Origin: Narcine bancroftii
Taxonomy: Eukaryota
Assembly (NCBI RefSeq): GCF_036971445.1
Contig: NC_091473.1
Span: 205,096,001 to 205,160,000 of the forward strand
Reading direction: 5' to 3'
DNA length: 64,000 bases
Part shown: positions 13,601 to 28,600 of the stretch, one piece after another
Layout of the letters: the number at the start of each line of letters is the position of its first letter
Numbering within the stretch: the stretch's first letter is position 1
The notes under the pieces: generated by a model
What the model was told of the DNA's origin: nothing
Seen by the model: only the letters and a program-made list of their open reading frames with translations
The model's database searches: none
Translations under genes and position numbers: made by a program

Positions 13601-16600
13601 TTAAGTTAATAGAGATAAGTAATGTTTGATTCTGTTTTCATGTTTAAAGATAATTAAAAACAACTTTTGTTTAAGTAACCATTTGTCGTGGTGAATATCT
13701 ATTGCTGCTGGGTTTTGGGGTCCTTTGGGCTTGTAACAATGGAGACAGAGTGAAGCTCCTTCCACACCGTCCCATCACACATTCTTGGGGATGGACACAG
13801 AATGAAGCTGCTTCCACACTGTCCATTCACACACTTCCAGGGACAGACACACAGTGAAGTTCCCTCCGCTCTGTCCCCTCACACACTCCCGGGGACAGAC
13901 ACAGAGTGAAGCTCCTTCCATGCTGTCCCATCACACATTCCCGGTGACAGACATAGAGTGAAGCTCCCTCCGCACCCTGCCCTCACAAACTCTTGGGGAC
14001 AGACACAGAGGTAAATTCTCTCCACACCATCCCTTTACACAGTTTCCCAGTTTTTCCTCTCACCTCAAGATCTGGTCACTGAATCCGTACAGAAAGATAT
14101 CATTTTTGCAGTCGGTGAATGCTGATATAAGGCTGTGGGATCAGAGATTAATTTTACTGTGTGCTTGCAGGAGCAAAAAAAATTGCAATCGATAACATGT
14201 TGAGGACAGACTTGGTGTGGAGCCCCCTTGTACCCCGCTGAGCCTGTGTCCTGACTGAAGGTACTATGAACTGGTGTTCAATTTCACAGTTCCTAAACCG
14301 AGGTACTGGCTTTGCGAGGAGTTCTGCTGGCAAACCTGGGCATCGGACTGACGATCCAACACTGTGCACAGTGAGAGAGATTGGTTCATTATCTTACTGG
14401 TGAGGATTCTTCATTAGTGCGAAAACAGTAGGAAAGAAACTGTCCTCAAATCTGGTCGGGGCGTTATCTCACCCATGTGAATCTGCTTCTTAATGAGAGT
14501 GGGGTAAAGAGAGTGTGGCTGTAATGGAACAGGTCACTGACTGCATCCCCAGCTCCCACATGTTGTTTCTCAGTTACCCCTCTGCCCCAGCACCCCGTGT
14601 CACTGACTGTACCCCAACTGACAATCCCCCCCCACTCTCTCAGTGCCCCATCACTGACTGTACCCCCACTGACATTACTCCCTCTCTCAGTGACCCCTCT
14701 CCTGCAGCCCTTCATGTCACTGACTGTAACCCTACTTTCATTACCCTCTCCCTCAGTGACCCCTCTCCCCCAGTGCCCCGTGTCACTGACATTACCCCAA
14801 ATGCCCCAGTGACCCCCTCTCCCCCAGTGCCCCACATTTTGATTCACTATAACACCCCATCCCACAGTCTGACTGCACCCCACCATGCACTGCTATTTAA
14901 TACTGCACATCTCTGTACTGAAGGTTGTAACAGGGAACAGAGCTTTTCACTGTCTTCAAAGGCAAGAAACCAATTCAGTTCTGGACCTGGCTTGATCTCA
15001 CAGCAGCAGTTTCTGGGAACCTGGGAGAGGTGGGGGGTGTGGGGAAGAGGGGGAACAGGGGACATTATCAGTCTGCATTGGATGGAGAGAGGGGTCAGGA
15101 GGATTCTGTCAGATGTCTACCCTCTGGGGGGGGATGGATACAGCAAGGGAGGGTGTCTGTGGGAGGGTGGGACTCCGGCAGGGAGGGAAGGGGCCCTGAG
15201 AAAGGGAGGGATACACGGAGGAAGGGGTCCACAGCGAGGGCTGGAGGAGAGATCTACAGGGATGGAGAAAGGGATCGGTTATCCGGACGATTATCAAGTA
15301 GGTCGGACGTGAAACCACTCCGAACACTGGATAGTCCACGTGCTTGCTCCAGCAGGGTCACCTGACCAGGCAGGTCGAAAGTCATCTCCCCACGTCAATC
15401 AAGGTGAGCATGCCCACAAGCAAGGGCACAACTTACGACTGGCTCTCTTGCCTCATTCGGGAATACCTGAGCTGGACTCTCCAGCCTGCTGCAGTATCAA
15501 GCCCATCATGTAGATCACCCACCTCTCTTTATCCCCAGGGACAGATCCAGGTTGAAAGGTGGAGGTGACACTGGAAAGCGTCAGTTCAGGGAAGGGGGGG
15601 GAGGGTCTATTGTGAATACCTAGAAAGGACTGTGGTGCCTTATACTTTGACCTCAGTGCAATTAGACACTGTAGTTAAGAGGGATATGGTGCCTGCTGGT
15701 TAGAGAAGAATGGCGATGACTGTTTTACCATGGGGAACTGCGATTTGCAGCGACCTGTGCCTTTAACCATGGGAACTGCGAGTTATAACAGCTGTAGTGA
15801 TGCTTGATTGTTTAGCTCTGTCCGCTACATACGAACTGTGTGAAAAATCCTTGTTTTGTGTGTGTGAGAGTCATCCCTGTTGCCACCTATTCACCCCATG
15901 TAAATAAAAATCCTTTTTTGTGGTTAAACTGTATTCAGTCTCATCAAATCTTGGACCCTCCAAGCAAGTTCTCCACATCACAGCATCCACAGGGAGGGAG
16001 GGTGGGAGGTTCCACAGGGAGGAAGGGATGGGAGGTTTCACGGGTAGGGGGGGGTATTCCATGGAGGGGGGGGTTCCTCAGGAGTGGAGGGCTGTGTGTG
16101 GAGCGAAGGAGTGAGGGGTCTGTGGGGAGGGAGGTCTGCATCGATCGAGAGAAGGAGGGGTCTGCAGGGAGGGAGGGTCCACAGGGAGCGAGGGGTCCAC
16201 AGGGAGGGATGGAGGCTGTGGTCCGCAGGGGTGAAGGATTCTGCACAGAGCATGGGAGGGAGGGGTCCACCGGGAGGGATGGAGGCTGTGGTCTGCAGGG
16301 GTGAAGGTGTGCACGGAGCATGGGAGTGAGGGGTCTGCAGGGAGAGAGGGAGAAGCCCGCATGGACAGAGGGATCTGCAGGGAAGGAGAGAGGGGTCCAC
16401 AGGGAGGGGGAGAGGGAGGAGTCAGCAGGGTGTGATGGAGGGAGAGGCCCATAGGGAGGGAGGGTGGGTCCGCTGGATCCTCTAGGCCTACCTTGCCCTC
16501 TGAATGGAGAGATCAACCTGAAGGAAGAGCAGGTTATGGTTGACGTGGTAACGGTAGACTGGTATGATATCGCAGATGGGAAACCCCGAGCCCAGAAGTA

Positions 16601-19600
16601 GCACCGTGTCAATCTGCAATGCGAGGTGCAGGGGTCAGCGCTGAAGGAGGGGGGCTCGGAGGGTGTGGGTTGAAATATCCCCGCTCTCCATGCCTCCCTG
16701 GGCATCTTTCTCTCCCCCACCCCCTCCCCAGCAGGGCGTGAGCCCCACCACCCAACAGCACCCACCAGAAATCCCAATATGGGATGTGAGCTGACCCATT
16801 CCCTTCTCCTTTCCCCACCCCCAACCCACTCCCTCATTCCACCCTGTCCATCCCACCCCGTCCCCACTCGCTTCGTCTCCACTCCCTTCTTCCCCACTCA
16901 CCCTGTCCCCACTCCCTTCTTCCCCACTCACCCTGTCCCCACTCCCTTCTACACCCATCCCGTCCCCACTCCCTTCTCCCCCCCACCCCGCCCCCATGTC
17001 CTTCTCCTCCACTCACCCTGTCCCCACTTCCTTCTCCACCCACACTCCCTTCCCAATCCTGTCCCCACTCCCTTCTCCCCCACTCACCCCGTCCCTACTC
17101 CCACCCCATTCCCATTCCCTTCTCCACCCCCACCTCGTCCCCCCTCCCTTTCCCCCCCACAGCCTGTCCCCACTCCCTTCTCCACCCCCACCCCGTCCTC
17201 ACTCCCTTCTCCCCTACTCACCCTGGCCCCACTCCCTTCTCTCGCCCCCACTCTGTCCCTACTCCCTTCTACCCCCACCCCATCCCCACCCTCACCCCAT
17301 CCCTTCTCCTCTCTTCCCTACCCCACCCCAACTCCCCCCACCCCACGGTCTCCCATTCCATTGGCAGCACAGGTCACCCACCTGCTCATGGTCCCGAATG
17401 CAGTCCAAGAAAAAGGAGGCAAATCCACTGATTTTATACGATTCATCCCCCACGGCTTCAAGGTTCTGGTAGGGGAGACCAGGGAGGTGTGAATTACCCA
17501 TGGGATGGGGAGGGTAGATTTAGCTTTGAGATTGAGAAAGAGAGCGAGAGAGAGAGAGATACTCAGTGAGAGAGAGATGAAGACAGGGAGAGAGCCAGAG
17601 CCAGAGAGAGAATGCATGCTCTGAATGGATGGAACCCTGCTTCTCTGCAGACCCCCTCCTGCTCTGGGGCAGTGATGCCAACCCATGCCTGAAGGAGGAA
17701 AACTTTTTCCCCCCCACCGTGGTATCCCACAAAGAAACACCCCCCCATCCCCTCCTAACCCACATCTCCCACGCCTCTCCACAGAGCGGGCTCCCCCTCC
17801 ACACACGCCCCCCCCCTTCCCCCACTGACCTTGGCCTCTTGCAGGATCCTGTCCAGGCCAGTCAGGAGGGAACCGCGGGGGAGGTCCAATCCCCGGTAAG
17901 AGTGCTGGGAGCAGAGTACCAGGCGGGACGTCTCACTCAGCCGTGCAGTCATCAGCCCCAGGAGGGCGGCAACCTCCAGGACCTGCCAAGAGCGCACACA
18001 CAAATTCAGGGAAAGCCTTGTCTCCGTTGCAAGAGTGAGCAGACGATGTTGGACTTCAGGGGGACGTAGGTAACAATAGTGGAGCCATCTCAGTTTGCCT
18101 CCTGTCTAGGTCAGTTCACAGATGATGCCATCACCTTGACCCTCTACTCTGTTCTGACTCACCCATGGAACCATATAACATTACAGCACAGGAGCAGGCC
18201 CACTGGGACTTCCAGTCTGTACTAAACTATTATTCTGCCGAGCTTCACCCTTTTCCCACTTATAAAACCACCTTAAGAAATCCCTGACTAACCACAGACC
18301 ACGATGGCATAGCCACTCCCACCACTCTGGATGTGAAGAAGCTCCCTCTAATGTTCCCCTTAAAATTTACCCCTTTCACCCTTAATTCATGGCATCTGGT
18401 TTGTATCTTACACACCCCCCCCCCACAAACCTCGGTGGAAAAAAGCTGATTGACATGTAATCTATCTATACCAGTGGTTTTCAAACATTTGCTTTCCACT
18501 CACATACCACCTTAAGTAAACCCTCTGTGATCTGGGAAGGGGGGGGGGGGGGCTATTGTGAATACTTAGACTACACGAGCCGGTGTCTTTAAAAAGCAGC
18601 CTCTGTCCTCAAAGACCCCCATCCCCCAGGCCCTCTTCACTCTGCTACCATTGGGGAAAAGGAACAGGAGCCTGAAGACGAGGACTCAGCGGCACAGGGA
18701 CAGCTTCTTCCCCACTGCCATCAGATTCCTGAATAACCAATGAACCAAAGCCATTCCCTTACTCTTCATACACTGTTTTTTTTTTGCAATCATGTCATGA
18801 GACGGTTATAATGAATGTTTACACTACAATGCTGCTACAAAACACTGAATTTCGTGATTGGCTTGTGACAATAGATCCTGATCCTGATGTGAGGGGAAAG
18901 AAAACAATGGTTTTAATCGTACCTAATTGACCTGTTCACTGGTGCTCAACCTTTTTCTTTCCACTCACATCCCACTTTAAGTAATTGCTCTTCCATCGGT
19001 GCTCTGTGATCAGTAAGGGATTGCTTAAGGTGGTCTGTGAGTGGGGAAGGGAAGGTTGAGAATTGCTGTTCCAGACCCAATTATTACTGAAATATTTTGC
19101 TTGAGAAAAATTGTCTTTGGCCCATTTCCTTTGGAGTTATGAAACCATGCACATAACGACACCATCTTAAGCAATCCCTATGCCATTGGTGCTCTGTAAT
19201 TAGTAAGGGATTGCTGAAGGTGGTACGTGGGTGGAAAAAGTTTGAAAACCACTGTTTGAATCGTCCCTCATTGACACATGTGCATGGTTTCAAAACTCCA
19301 AAGGAAATGGGTCAATGACAAATTTTCTCAAGCAAAATATTTCAGTAACAATTGGGTCGAAAGCAGTGGTTTTCAACCTTCCCTTCCCACTCAGAGACCA
19401 ACTTAAGCAATCCCTTACTAATCATAGAGCACCAATGATGGCTGAGGGTCCCTCAGGGTTTTGTTCGCCTCATAGCTTGTAGCCCAGGCTGCTGTTCAGT
19501 GACATCAGGACAGCATTCAACAGGACTTGGTGGATAAGCTGTCCTCACTGGGACTCAACACCCCTGTCTGTGGGCCTGCTCACTCAACCAAACCTTATGA

Positions 19601-22600
19601 GGCAGGTATACCAATCCAGACAACCTTCTTGTAAATCTTCTCTCTACAGCAGCAACATCCTTCCTGCAGTGAGGTGACCAGAATTGAACACAGTATTCCT
19701 CGTGGTTTCTGACCAAGCTGTAACATTACTTCACGGCTCTTGGGCTGTGAGGAGGGAGGGAAGAAGAGGAAGGGGGAGGGAGTGGTGGGAGGAGGCAAGA
19801 CGAGGGAGGGGAGAGAGGGAGGGAAGACACCACCTCACCGTTGGTGCCCCAGCCTGGGGCACTGTATCAGGGCTCGGGGCCCCACGGGGGAGGAGATCTC
19901 GTGCTCCGAGGCAGGGTTGCTTCATCGAAGGTTCGACAGCACACAGGACGACGGTGCGCCCGGGGAGGGGTGGCAGGTTGTGTGTGGCCGAGATCTCAAG
20001 GGCCTTCTCCAGGGCTTGACTGTATTGGTCCAGCAGGTCCTGGTCATAGTGGACGTTCCTGGGGTTGAGGGGAGAGACAGGGGAAAAGAGGGAAGAGCGA
20101 TGGGAGTGGGGAGTGAGAGGGAGGGGAGGCGGAGACAGAGGGGAGAGAGGGAGGGAGGAGAGGGGAAGAAGACGGAGAGGGAGGGAGGGGAGGAGAGAGG
20201 GCAGATGTGGAGAGAAGTGAGAGGGAGAGAAATGGAGGGGAGGTGGGAGGAGGGAGGGGAGAGAGAGGGAGGAGTGTTGAGAGATGGTGGGGAAGAAAGA
20301 AGGGGGGAGAGTGGGAGGAGGAGAGGGAGCAGAGCAAGGGGCAGCAGAAAGAGGGAGGGGTAGGAGAAAGACAGGGAGGGGGATAGAGGGAGCATGAGGA
20401 TGAGGGGAGGGAGCAGGAGTGGAAAGGAGGGAGCAGGAGCAGAAGAGGGAAAGACAGGAGAGAGAGAGACAGGAGAGAGAGGGAGGAAGGAGAGTGGAGA
20501 GTGAGTGAGGGGGAAGGGGGTGACCGAGAAAGGTGAGAGGCAGGCAGGCGAAAGAGAGGAAGGAGAGTGTGGGGTGGTTGGAGGAATGAAAAGGGACAGA
20601 AGGGGGAGGTGAGTGGGGAGAAATAAAGAGGGGGAGGGGAGAGGAAGTGGGAAATAGTGGGAAGGGTGAGATGTTTATTGTACAAGATACAGACACATTG
20701 AGAATCTTACTGCCACCACAGGGATGAATGTGATGCACCAACAGCAATGGTACAACTACAGTGGAGAAAGGGAATGAGAAAGGGGGGGTTTCAAGAGAGG
20801 GCTACAAATGAGAAGGAATGATAAGGAGGAACGAGAGAAGACTCCATTCTGTTCCCCCATTGTTCTGTGAGACCCCAGCTGGTCCTGTGGGCTTCCTTCC
20901 ACACTCTCTCCAGTACCTTCTCACCCAACCCCAATCTGGGATGCATTTGGTGACTCGAACTCTTTTCCCCTCCATCACCAAACCCAGGCTGGGGGGGGGG
21001 GGTCGGGACATGGGGTGGCAACTTCTCCAAACACTGGCTAACCAGCCCGCACTTGTAGCCATGCATGTAGAAGCTGGTCACCAGATCACAGGGAGGGTGG
21101 GGTTGTGCCGAGATGGGGTGAGGGAGACTCTCCCGGGCCGGGGTAGTGGGGGGGGGGGGGGGAAGGTCAGACAGAATCCCAGGGAGGCATCAGAAGGGGT
21201 CACAGGGAGAGGTCAGAGGGGTCAAGGGGAGAGAGGGCAGAAGACACTTCCCAGGACTTCCCCTGGGTCAGGGAGAGATGGGACTGGTTCCCCGGGTGAG
21301 AGAGGATGGAGTAAACTCTCTGGGACGTCCTCTGGCCCAGGGAGAGGTCAGATGGGGTCACGGGGAGATGTCGGACATGGTCCTGGGATGGGTTGGATGT
21401 GGTCACAGGGAGAAATTGGATGGGGTCCCAAGGAGAGGGTGGACAGGGTCACAGGGAGAAGGAGGAGGACACTCCTTGGGACATCTCCCAAGTCAAAGGG
21501 TATGTCTGATATGGGGAGATGGGATGAGAGCTGGGCTCATTGCCCTGCGTTCCGGGATCCAAGAATGGCAAGGGAAGGAAGGTCCTGACAATAGATCACG
21601 AGGCGTTGCCAGTCAGTCTCCACCCACAAGGCGACTCCTTCTCTCTGCCATTGTTCAAGGAGGTGCTTCCCTTCCCCATCTCAGATCTACTCTCCCCCTC
21701 CCCGATTCCCCACCTTAGGCTACCAAGTGTAATGGAGAGGCAGCATCCACCATTGGGCGGTGCTGCTGCGCTTCTATTCGCAGGACACACTACCTGCCAA
21801 TCAAGGTCAGAAACTCACCCTAAGCCATCAAGGTGACCCTCAGGATTGGCCCAGGTGAATCACCTCAGGTCATCCCTGCTGAGCCCCTGCACTTGGCCTT
21901 GAGCCATTGGACAGCCACCAATGGGGCCCATACTAGCCATATGATTGGCCCCTCAGCTTTGCCCCCCAGAACCATGTGCTCCTTGTTCTGTCTCTTGGAC
22001 TTCTCGTGGATCGTGAGTATCACCTTTCATACTGGATTGGGGTGAGTCCCGAGGCTAAGTAGCAAGAGCCGTGCCCATACTGACCAAGGGGTGGGGGCAC
22101 GCACAATTGCCTAGAGCATGTGTGTTGAATGTGTATATTTTTCCTCCTGTGTACTGTGTGTGTGTAAAGATTTACTTGACAAATCAACCCCACTGTTTCC
22201 TCTTTTATCCTCGAAATAAAAGTTGGTTTTGTACCATCCACCTCGGTCTGGTTCTTAACCTGTGGGACCAACACAAACCCGAACAACACCAAGGCAACTG
22301 TACAACACTTTGTCCTCAACCTTCGCACCCACCCCTCACCTCTGGTTTTTTTGAGGTGAGAGGGGAACAACCACTGTCCCGGAGCGAATGCATTTGGTTG
22401 CAAGCCGCAGAGTCAGCTAGGGACGGAGCTCAACAGTTGGTTCTGAGTTTCTCCTTCCCCCCTCATCCTGAACACTGGGGAGCCAGGCCAATGGACCCAT
22501 CGGGTCTGCTCCGATATTCGAATCCTGTTTTTCCCTCCAGCTTCGTTCTCACTGTAACTTTTAACGCCCCCTTCCAAATCAAGAACCCGTCATTTCTGCT

Positions 22601-25600
22601 TCGAGTCTTCCCGAGGACTAGCCGTCTGTGGCGACAAATTTCAACCTCCACTCCCCCCCACCTTTGGTTGAGGCAACTCCCCTTCATCTCTGCTGTAAAG
22701 CAATGTCTTTCATTCTGAATGCGTCCTCTGCTCCGAGACTCACCTGCCACTGGAAACGCCCTCTCCACGGCCACTCTGTCAGGAAGTTTCGATGAGTCCA
22801 CCCTCCCTTGCCCTCCCGAACACCAGTTAGCACCGGACCAGACAGGTTAACAGCTCCTCTTAGTGACAACCCTCTCCTCCCTCAGGATCACTCTTCTGAA
22901 CCTCCTCCACAGCCTCTCCCAACATATAGGGCACAAAACCTCTCAAAATATCAACAGCAAGGCTTGACAGAGGTAGGGAGTTTCTCCTTGAAGTGATGGA
23001 GGACGAGGAGAGACTTAACAGAGGTGCATTATATTACAAAGGGTTTAGATCCAGTGGACAGCTAGCACCTTGTTCCCGGGGGAACCAGGGCACATAGCAG
23101 AGGACGTCTGTTTAAGGTGAGTGGAGTAAGGTTTTGGGGAGGTGCTTTTTTTTTGACTAATGGGTGCCTTCAGCACATTGCCGAGGATTGGCGGTGGAGG
23201 GTGGGACAATGGGAACAGTCAAAAAGGCTCAGACAGTTCTGCTCGCCTCGTGACAGGAATGATGTAGATGCTCTGGAGAGGAGGCAGAGAGAAATTTACC
23301 AGGATATCGTCTGGATTGGAGAGCACGTCTTATGGAGCAAGGTTAGACGAGCTGGGCCTTTTTTCCTGGGAGGAGTGATGGATAAGAGGTGAATTGAGTT
23401 GGGGGGGGTGGGTTGGGAAGTAGAATGTGAGGGCAGAGAATAGGTTGATGGAATATGTAATGAGTGTGTAAGGGAGGAGAGGCAGTGGAGGGAGCATAAA
23501 GGTAGTCCATTGGAGGGTTTGAAATGTGCTTATTTCAATCGGATTGAGGGAGATGGACCAGTGCATGGAATTACAATGTTGTGGCTGTTACTGAGACCTG
23601 GCTGACACAAGGACAGGATTGGCTGATTTAAGTACTGGGGTTGAGATCGGGTGGGATGTTAGAGGGGTTGGGGAGGTAGCATTACTAATCAGGCATAGTA
23701 TCACAACTGCAGAAAGGAGGACGTCATGCAGGGATCATATAGGAGTCAGTGTGGGTGGAAGTCAGAAACAAGAAGGCAGTGTCCTCTAGGCCTCCAAATG
23801 GCACTCAGGACACTGAGGAGCAGGTAAGTAGGAAGATTATGGAATTGTGCTGAAATAACCAGGGAGGCTTCTGCTTCCCAAATATTGCCTGACACCTCCT
23901 TACTGCCAGAAGGCTAAACGAGGCAGAATTTTTCACGTGTCCAAGGATTCCTGATACAGTATGTGGCCCAGCCGACGAGGAGAGGCCACACTGGATCCAG
24001 TACTGGGTAATGAACCTGGTCAGGTGACAGACCTCTCGGTGGGGGAGCATTTTGGTGACAGTGACCACAACTCCCTGATCTTTAGCACAACAATGGCCAA
24101 GGACAGGAGTGGACAAAATGGTGAAAGTGTTTAATAGGGTTAATTACTTGGGATCAGATGCTCTTGATGAAAAGAAGTAATGTGGAGGATGTTTAGGGAC
24201 CACTTGTGTGGGGTATTAGATAGGTATGTTCCTCTGAGACAGGGAAAAGACAGTAGGATAAGGGAACCATGGTTAACTAAAGAGGTGAGTCAAGTTTAGA
24301 GGAAGAAGGAAACATACATAAGGTTCAGGAATCAAAAGACAGGAAGGGCTCATGAGAATTATGTGGCAGCCAGGAAAGAAATTTACTCAGGAGAGCTAGG
24401 AGGCACGAGACCACCTGGGCAAGAAGGATGAAGATGCAAAGAACAGAAGGATAGTGAGAGTAAAGGTAGGACCACTTCAGGATAAAGGAGGCAACATGTG
24501 CCTCGAGACAGATGAGTAGAGAGGGTCCTAAATAAATCCTTTGCTTCAATAGTCACCAGACAAAAGGACCTTTGCACATTTGAGGTTAGTATAGAATAAA
24601 TATGTGCTGGAGCATGTGGAGAGTAAGAAAGAGGAAGTGCTGGATGTTCAAAAAAATTATGACTGAGAAGTCTTCGGGACTAGATGAAATCCACCCTAGG
24701 TTACTACAGAAAGTAAGGCAAGGGATTGCTGGGGCTTTGGCATCCTCCCTGATCAGAGAATGGCAAATGTGGTCCCTTTCTTTAAAAAAAAGGTCACCAG
24801 GAGAATCCTGGGACTTATGGACCAGTGAATCTCAAGTCGGTGATTGTCAGAAAATTCTTAGGGAAAGGATTTACAAGCATTTAGAGAAGTAGAGTCTTCT
24901 CAGGGATAGTGGCTTTGTGAGGGGTAGGTCATGCCCCACGAGCTTATTGAGATTTTGAGGAAGTCATAAATCGATGAAGGTTGGGCAGAAGGTCTGGTGT
25001 TTCTGGTTTTTGGTAAGGCATTTGACAAAGTTCTCCCGTGGTGGACTCATTCAGAAGGGCATGGGATCCATGGGACCTCCTTGGCTGCGTGGATTTAGAA
25101 TTGGCTTGCCTGAAGAAAGCGGGGGCGAGGTAGTAGATGGAACATATTCTGCCTGGAGATCAGTGGCCAGTGGAGGTCCGTGAGGATCTGTTCTGGGACC
25201 CCTGCTCTCGGTGACCTGGATGAAGAAGTAGAAGGTTGGAGGTGCTATGTAGAAGACCGCTGTGGGTTCCAGGCAGCATGGTTAGTGTAGCAGTTAGTGC
25301 AACCCTGTTACAGTGCCGGCGACTGGGGTACAAATCCCGCGCAGTCTGTAAAGAGCTTGTACATTCTCCCCAGGTCTATGCACTTCCTCCGGGCGGTTAG
25401 CACAACACCTTCACGGCGCCAGCGATCGGGGTGGGGGAGTTTCAAATCCAGCACTGTCTGCAAAGAGTTTATTCGTTCTCCCAGTGTCTGCATGGGTTTT
25501 CCCCAGGGCTCCGGTTTCTTCCTACCGTTCAAAACGTACCTGGAGCGTAGGTTAACAGGGTGTACATTGGGTAGCACGGGCTCGTTGGGTCAAAATGGCC

Positions 25601-28600
25601 TGTAACCGCGCTGTGTGTCTAAATTAAATTATATGGGGATTGCAGGTCAATTGGGAGTGATTAGGTGGCGCGAGCTCGAGGGCCGGAAGATCCTGTTACT
25701 GTGCTGAATTTTTAAAAAATTACGATGAGATGGAGAGAGGATGCAGAGTTGAGCAGAAAAATGGCCGAAGGAGTTCAATCCCAAGGTGTTGCATTTTGGA
25801 GAGTTAAGTCTAAAGGCAGAGTATATGATCAATGGCAGAATTCTTCACAGTATGGGAGAATAAAGGGACCCTGGGGTCCGCATCCATAGATCTCTCAGAC
25901 TGTCATGCAGGTTGATAGGCTAGTTAAGAAGGGTGAGGGTATGCTGGCCTTCATTCGTCAGGGGTCTGAGCTCGAGTCGCGAGGAAATGTCGCAGCTCTG
26001 TAACACTTGGAATATTGTGTTCGGTTCTGGTCGCTTCATTACAGGAAGCACGTGGGGCCTATGGAGAGGGTGCAGAGGAGATTTACAAGGCTGTTGCCTG
26101 GATTGGAGAAAGTGTCTTGTGAAGCAAGGTTAGCAAAACTGGGGCGTTTCTCTTTGGAGAGAAGACGGGTGAGAGGAGACTGAAAAGACGTCTACAAGAT
26201 TACGAGAGGCGTAGATAGATTCGTTTTCCAGGGTGAGAGTAGCAAACGCCAGAGGATATCTATACAAGGTGAGGGGAGGGAAGTGTCAGGAGATGCTGGG
26301 GAAAAGTTTTCCCACACAGAGAATGGTGGGTGCCTTGCCAGGGTGGGGGGTACAATCGGGACATTCAAAAGACTCTTTGATAGGCACACGGATGCAAGAC
26401 TATGGGAGGGAAGGGTTAGATTGTGGAGTAGGCTTATGAGGGTCGGCACAACATTGTGGTCAGGGGGGACGTGCCACATGTCGGAATTTTCTTTGTTCCA
26501 GAGACACATGAAATCACGATAGGGATTAATAAGGCAGAAGCACAGGTTGTTTCCACTGGCAGGTGAGACTTGGAGAGAGACTCAAGATTCAGGGGAGATT
26601 TAGGTCGGCACCACATCGCTAGAATACTCTCTGTTCCAACACTCCTCCTCGAGGGTCAGACTGCATCCTTCCAGGAACGTGGGAACAGGGAAAGGGAGGT
26701 ATAAATTGACCAAAAGACGTGGCCTCCACACCCATATGTGGCAACAACTGATAATTCACTCCCTCTCGATCAGAGGGAACTCTTCCTCCTCTCCGTGCTT
26801 TTATTCCGAGGCTGTGCCCTCTGGCCCTGGACTCACCTGCCTCCCCTGCATTACGGGACACAGAGCCTCCCGAATCTGGCACCCACCCACCCCCCCCTCC
26901 CCCGTAAAGTCTCACCTGAGTTCCTGCAGGCGCTTCAGCTGCTTGGCCACCTGACGGGAAAGGATGGGTATGGGATCTGGATGCGTGGCCTGACTCCCCG
27001 GCCTGGAGCCCCGGAACCTTGAGCGACCCCTACCCTGAATGCGTAGGGAGGACAGGGCTTTGAGCATCAGCTTCCGTCTCGAAGGCAGTGGGTTGTCTGG
27101 GGAGGGAGAGAGGGGTAGGGAGGGGTGGGAAGGTGGAGAGAAGGGGGTGGCAAGAGGGAAGGGAGAAGTAATTGAATTATTTCCTCCCAAATTCACCAAC
27201 CCTTTGACCCCTGACCCCGAATCCCAGGAGAAGGAGCAACCCCTCCCCCACACCCGATCCCAATAACGGAACATACCCCCCTCCCTCCCTGAGGCCCCTC
27301 CCCATCACCCACCCACTCGCCAACCTCTGCTTTTAACAAGGAAGAGTCAGATCTAGCCCCCCCCCCCACCGACTCCACCTCTCCCATCCAACCCCCTACC
27401 TTCCCTTCCCCCAACTTGTTCCTCCATCCTCTTCTCCCACCTCCCCACATAAGGAGTATGCCAGGCCTGCTCCCCATTCAATGCCTGTGGCACAGGACCC
27501 AGCTCCACTTCCCCTCTTGCAGTCCCCTCTACCCCAGATTCCCCCATTATTTAAGAATGTATCTCACTTCTGTCTTTACTCCAATCAATGAGGCAGTCTT
27601 TCTGGGAGAAGCAGTTCCTCCTTTTCACCATCTGAAAACTACATTTCCCCCGAATCAAGGCTCTGTCCCCATCTCCTAGTCTCAGTTGCCAATGGAAACA
27701 ACCTCCATGCTTCCTGAATTAACCACCCCTTTCATAGTTTTCAATGCTTCTCTCAGAATGCTCCCCCATGCTTTGAGGTTCCAGCAATGACAGTCGCAAG
27801 GCGAGTCATTCTCTCCTCAGCGGCTGTTATTCTCCTCATCTCCGGAATCTCCCTGAGGAACCTCCTCTGTGACCCGTCCAAGGCCAGTCAATCCTTTCCC
27901 GCTCCCTTCTCCTCCCCTCCCTACTTCCTCTATCCCATCCTCTTCTGCCTCATCCTCCTTCACCTCCCTCCCATTTCCCCTGCCAAAACCAGTATTGTCT
28001 CGCTCTCCACCCCTCCCTGTCTCCCTCACTCCCTCTCTCCTCACCCTCCCTGCCACCCTCCCAGGGACTTCCACACCCCCTACTCCCCCATTTCCCGATC
28101 CAGGACGCTGCATTCCCTCTCCCAGTCCCATCCTGGAGACCCAGTGCCATCACTCTCCCCCATCCCCACTCCCACCAACTCACCCTTGTGCTCCAGTGCT
28201 TCCCGCAGCTTGGAGACCACACGGAGGGCCGTCAGGAATCGGAAAGGGAACTGGCGGCTGTGGACAATGCACCTCTGGGGGAAGAGATGGTGAGGAGGGT
28301 TATCAGGAGAGAACAACTGGGGTGGGGGGAGAGGGTGGACAGAGGGAGATGGGTGAGGAAGGGGTTGGAGATGGAGGGGGCAGATGAGTGGGGTGAGACA
28401 AGGGGGAAAGAGAGGGGGATCAGAGGGGGGGTCAAGGGAGGGGTGGTAATGGAAAGGGGGGGTCAAGGGAAGTTGGGAAAATGAGTCAAAGGTGGTGGTT
28501 GGGAGGGTTGAGAGAGGGAGGATTGAGGGATGGCAAGTGAGGGAGGTGAGATGGATGGGGAGGGAGAGGGATCGAGGGGAGGAATGGATTGGGGAAGGAG

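Larger units (their letters stand above)
9490..14040. repeat. About 52-bp minisatellite, split by the solo LTR
   Basis: gacagacacagagtgaagctccttccacac..cccatcacacactcc units at 9490-10299 and 13739-14040. Confidence 0.9.

Noticed and set aside
25272-25350. tRNA or vault RNA gene
   Set aside because: A/B-box-like head continues into a SINE body present three times; no cloverleaf or vault RNA structure seen.
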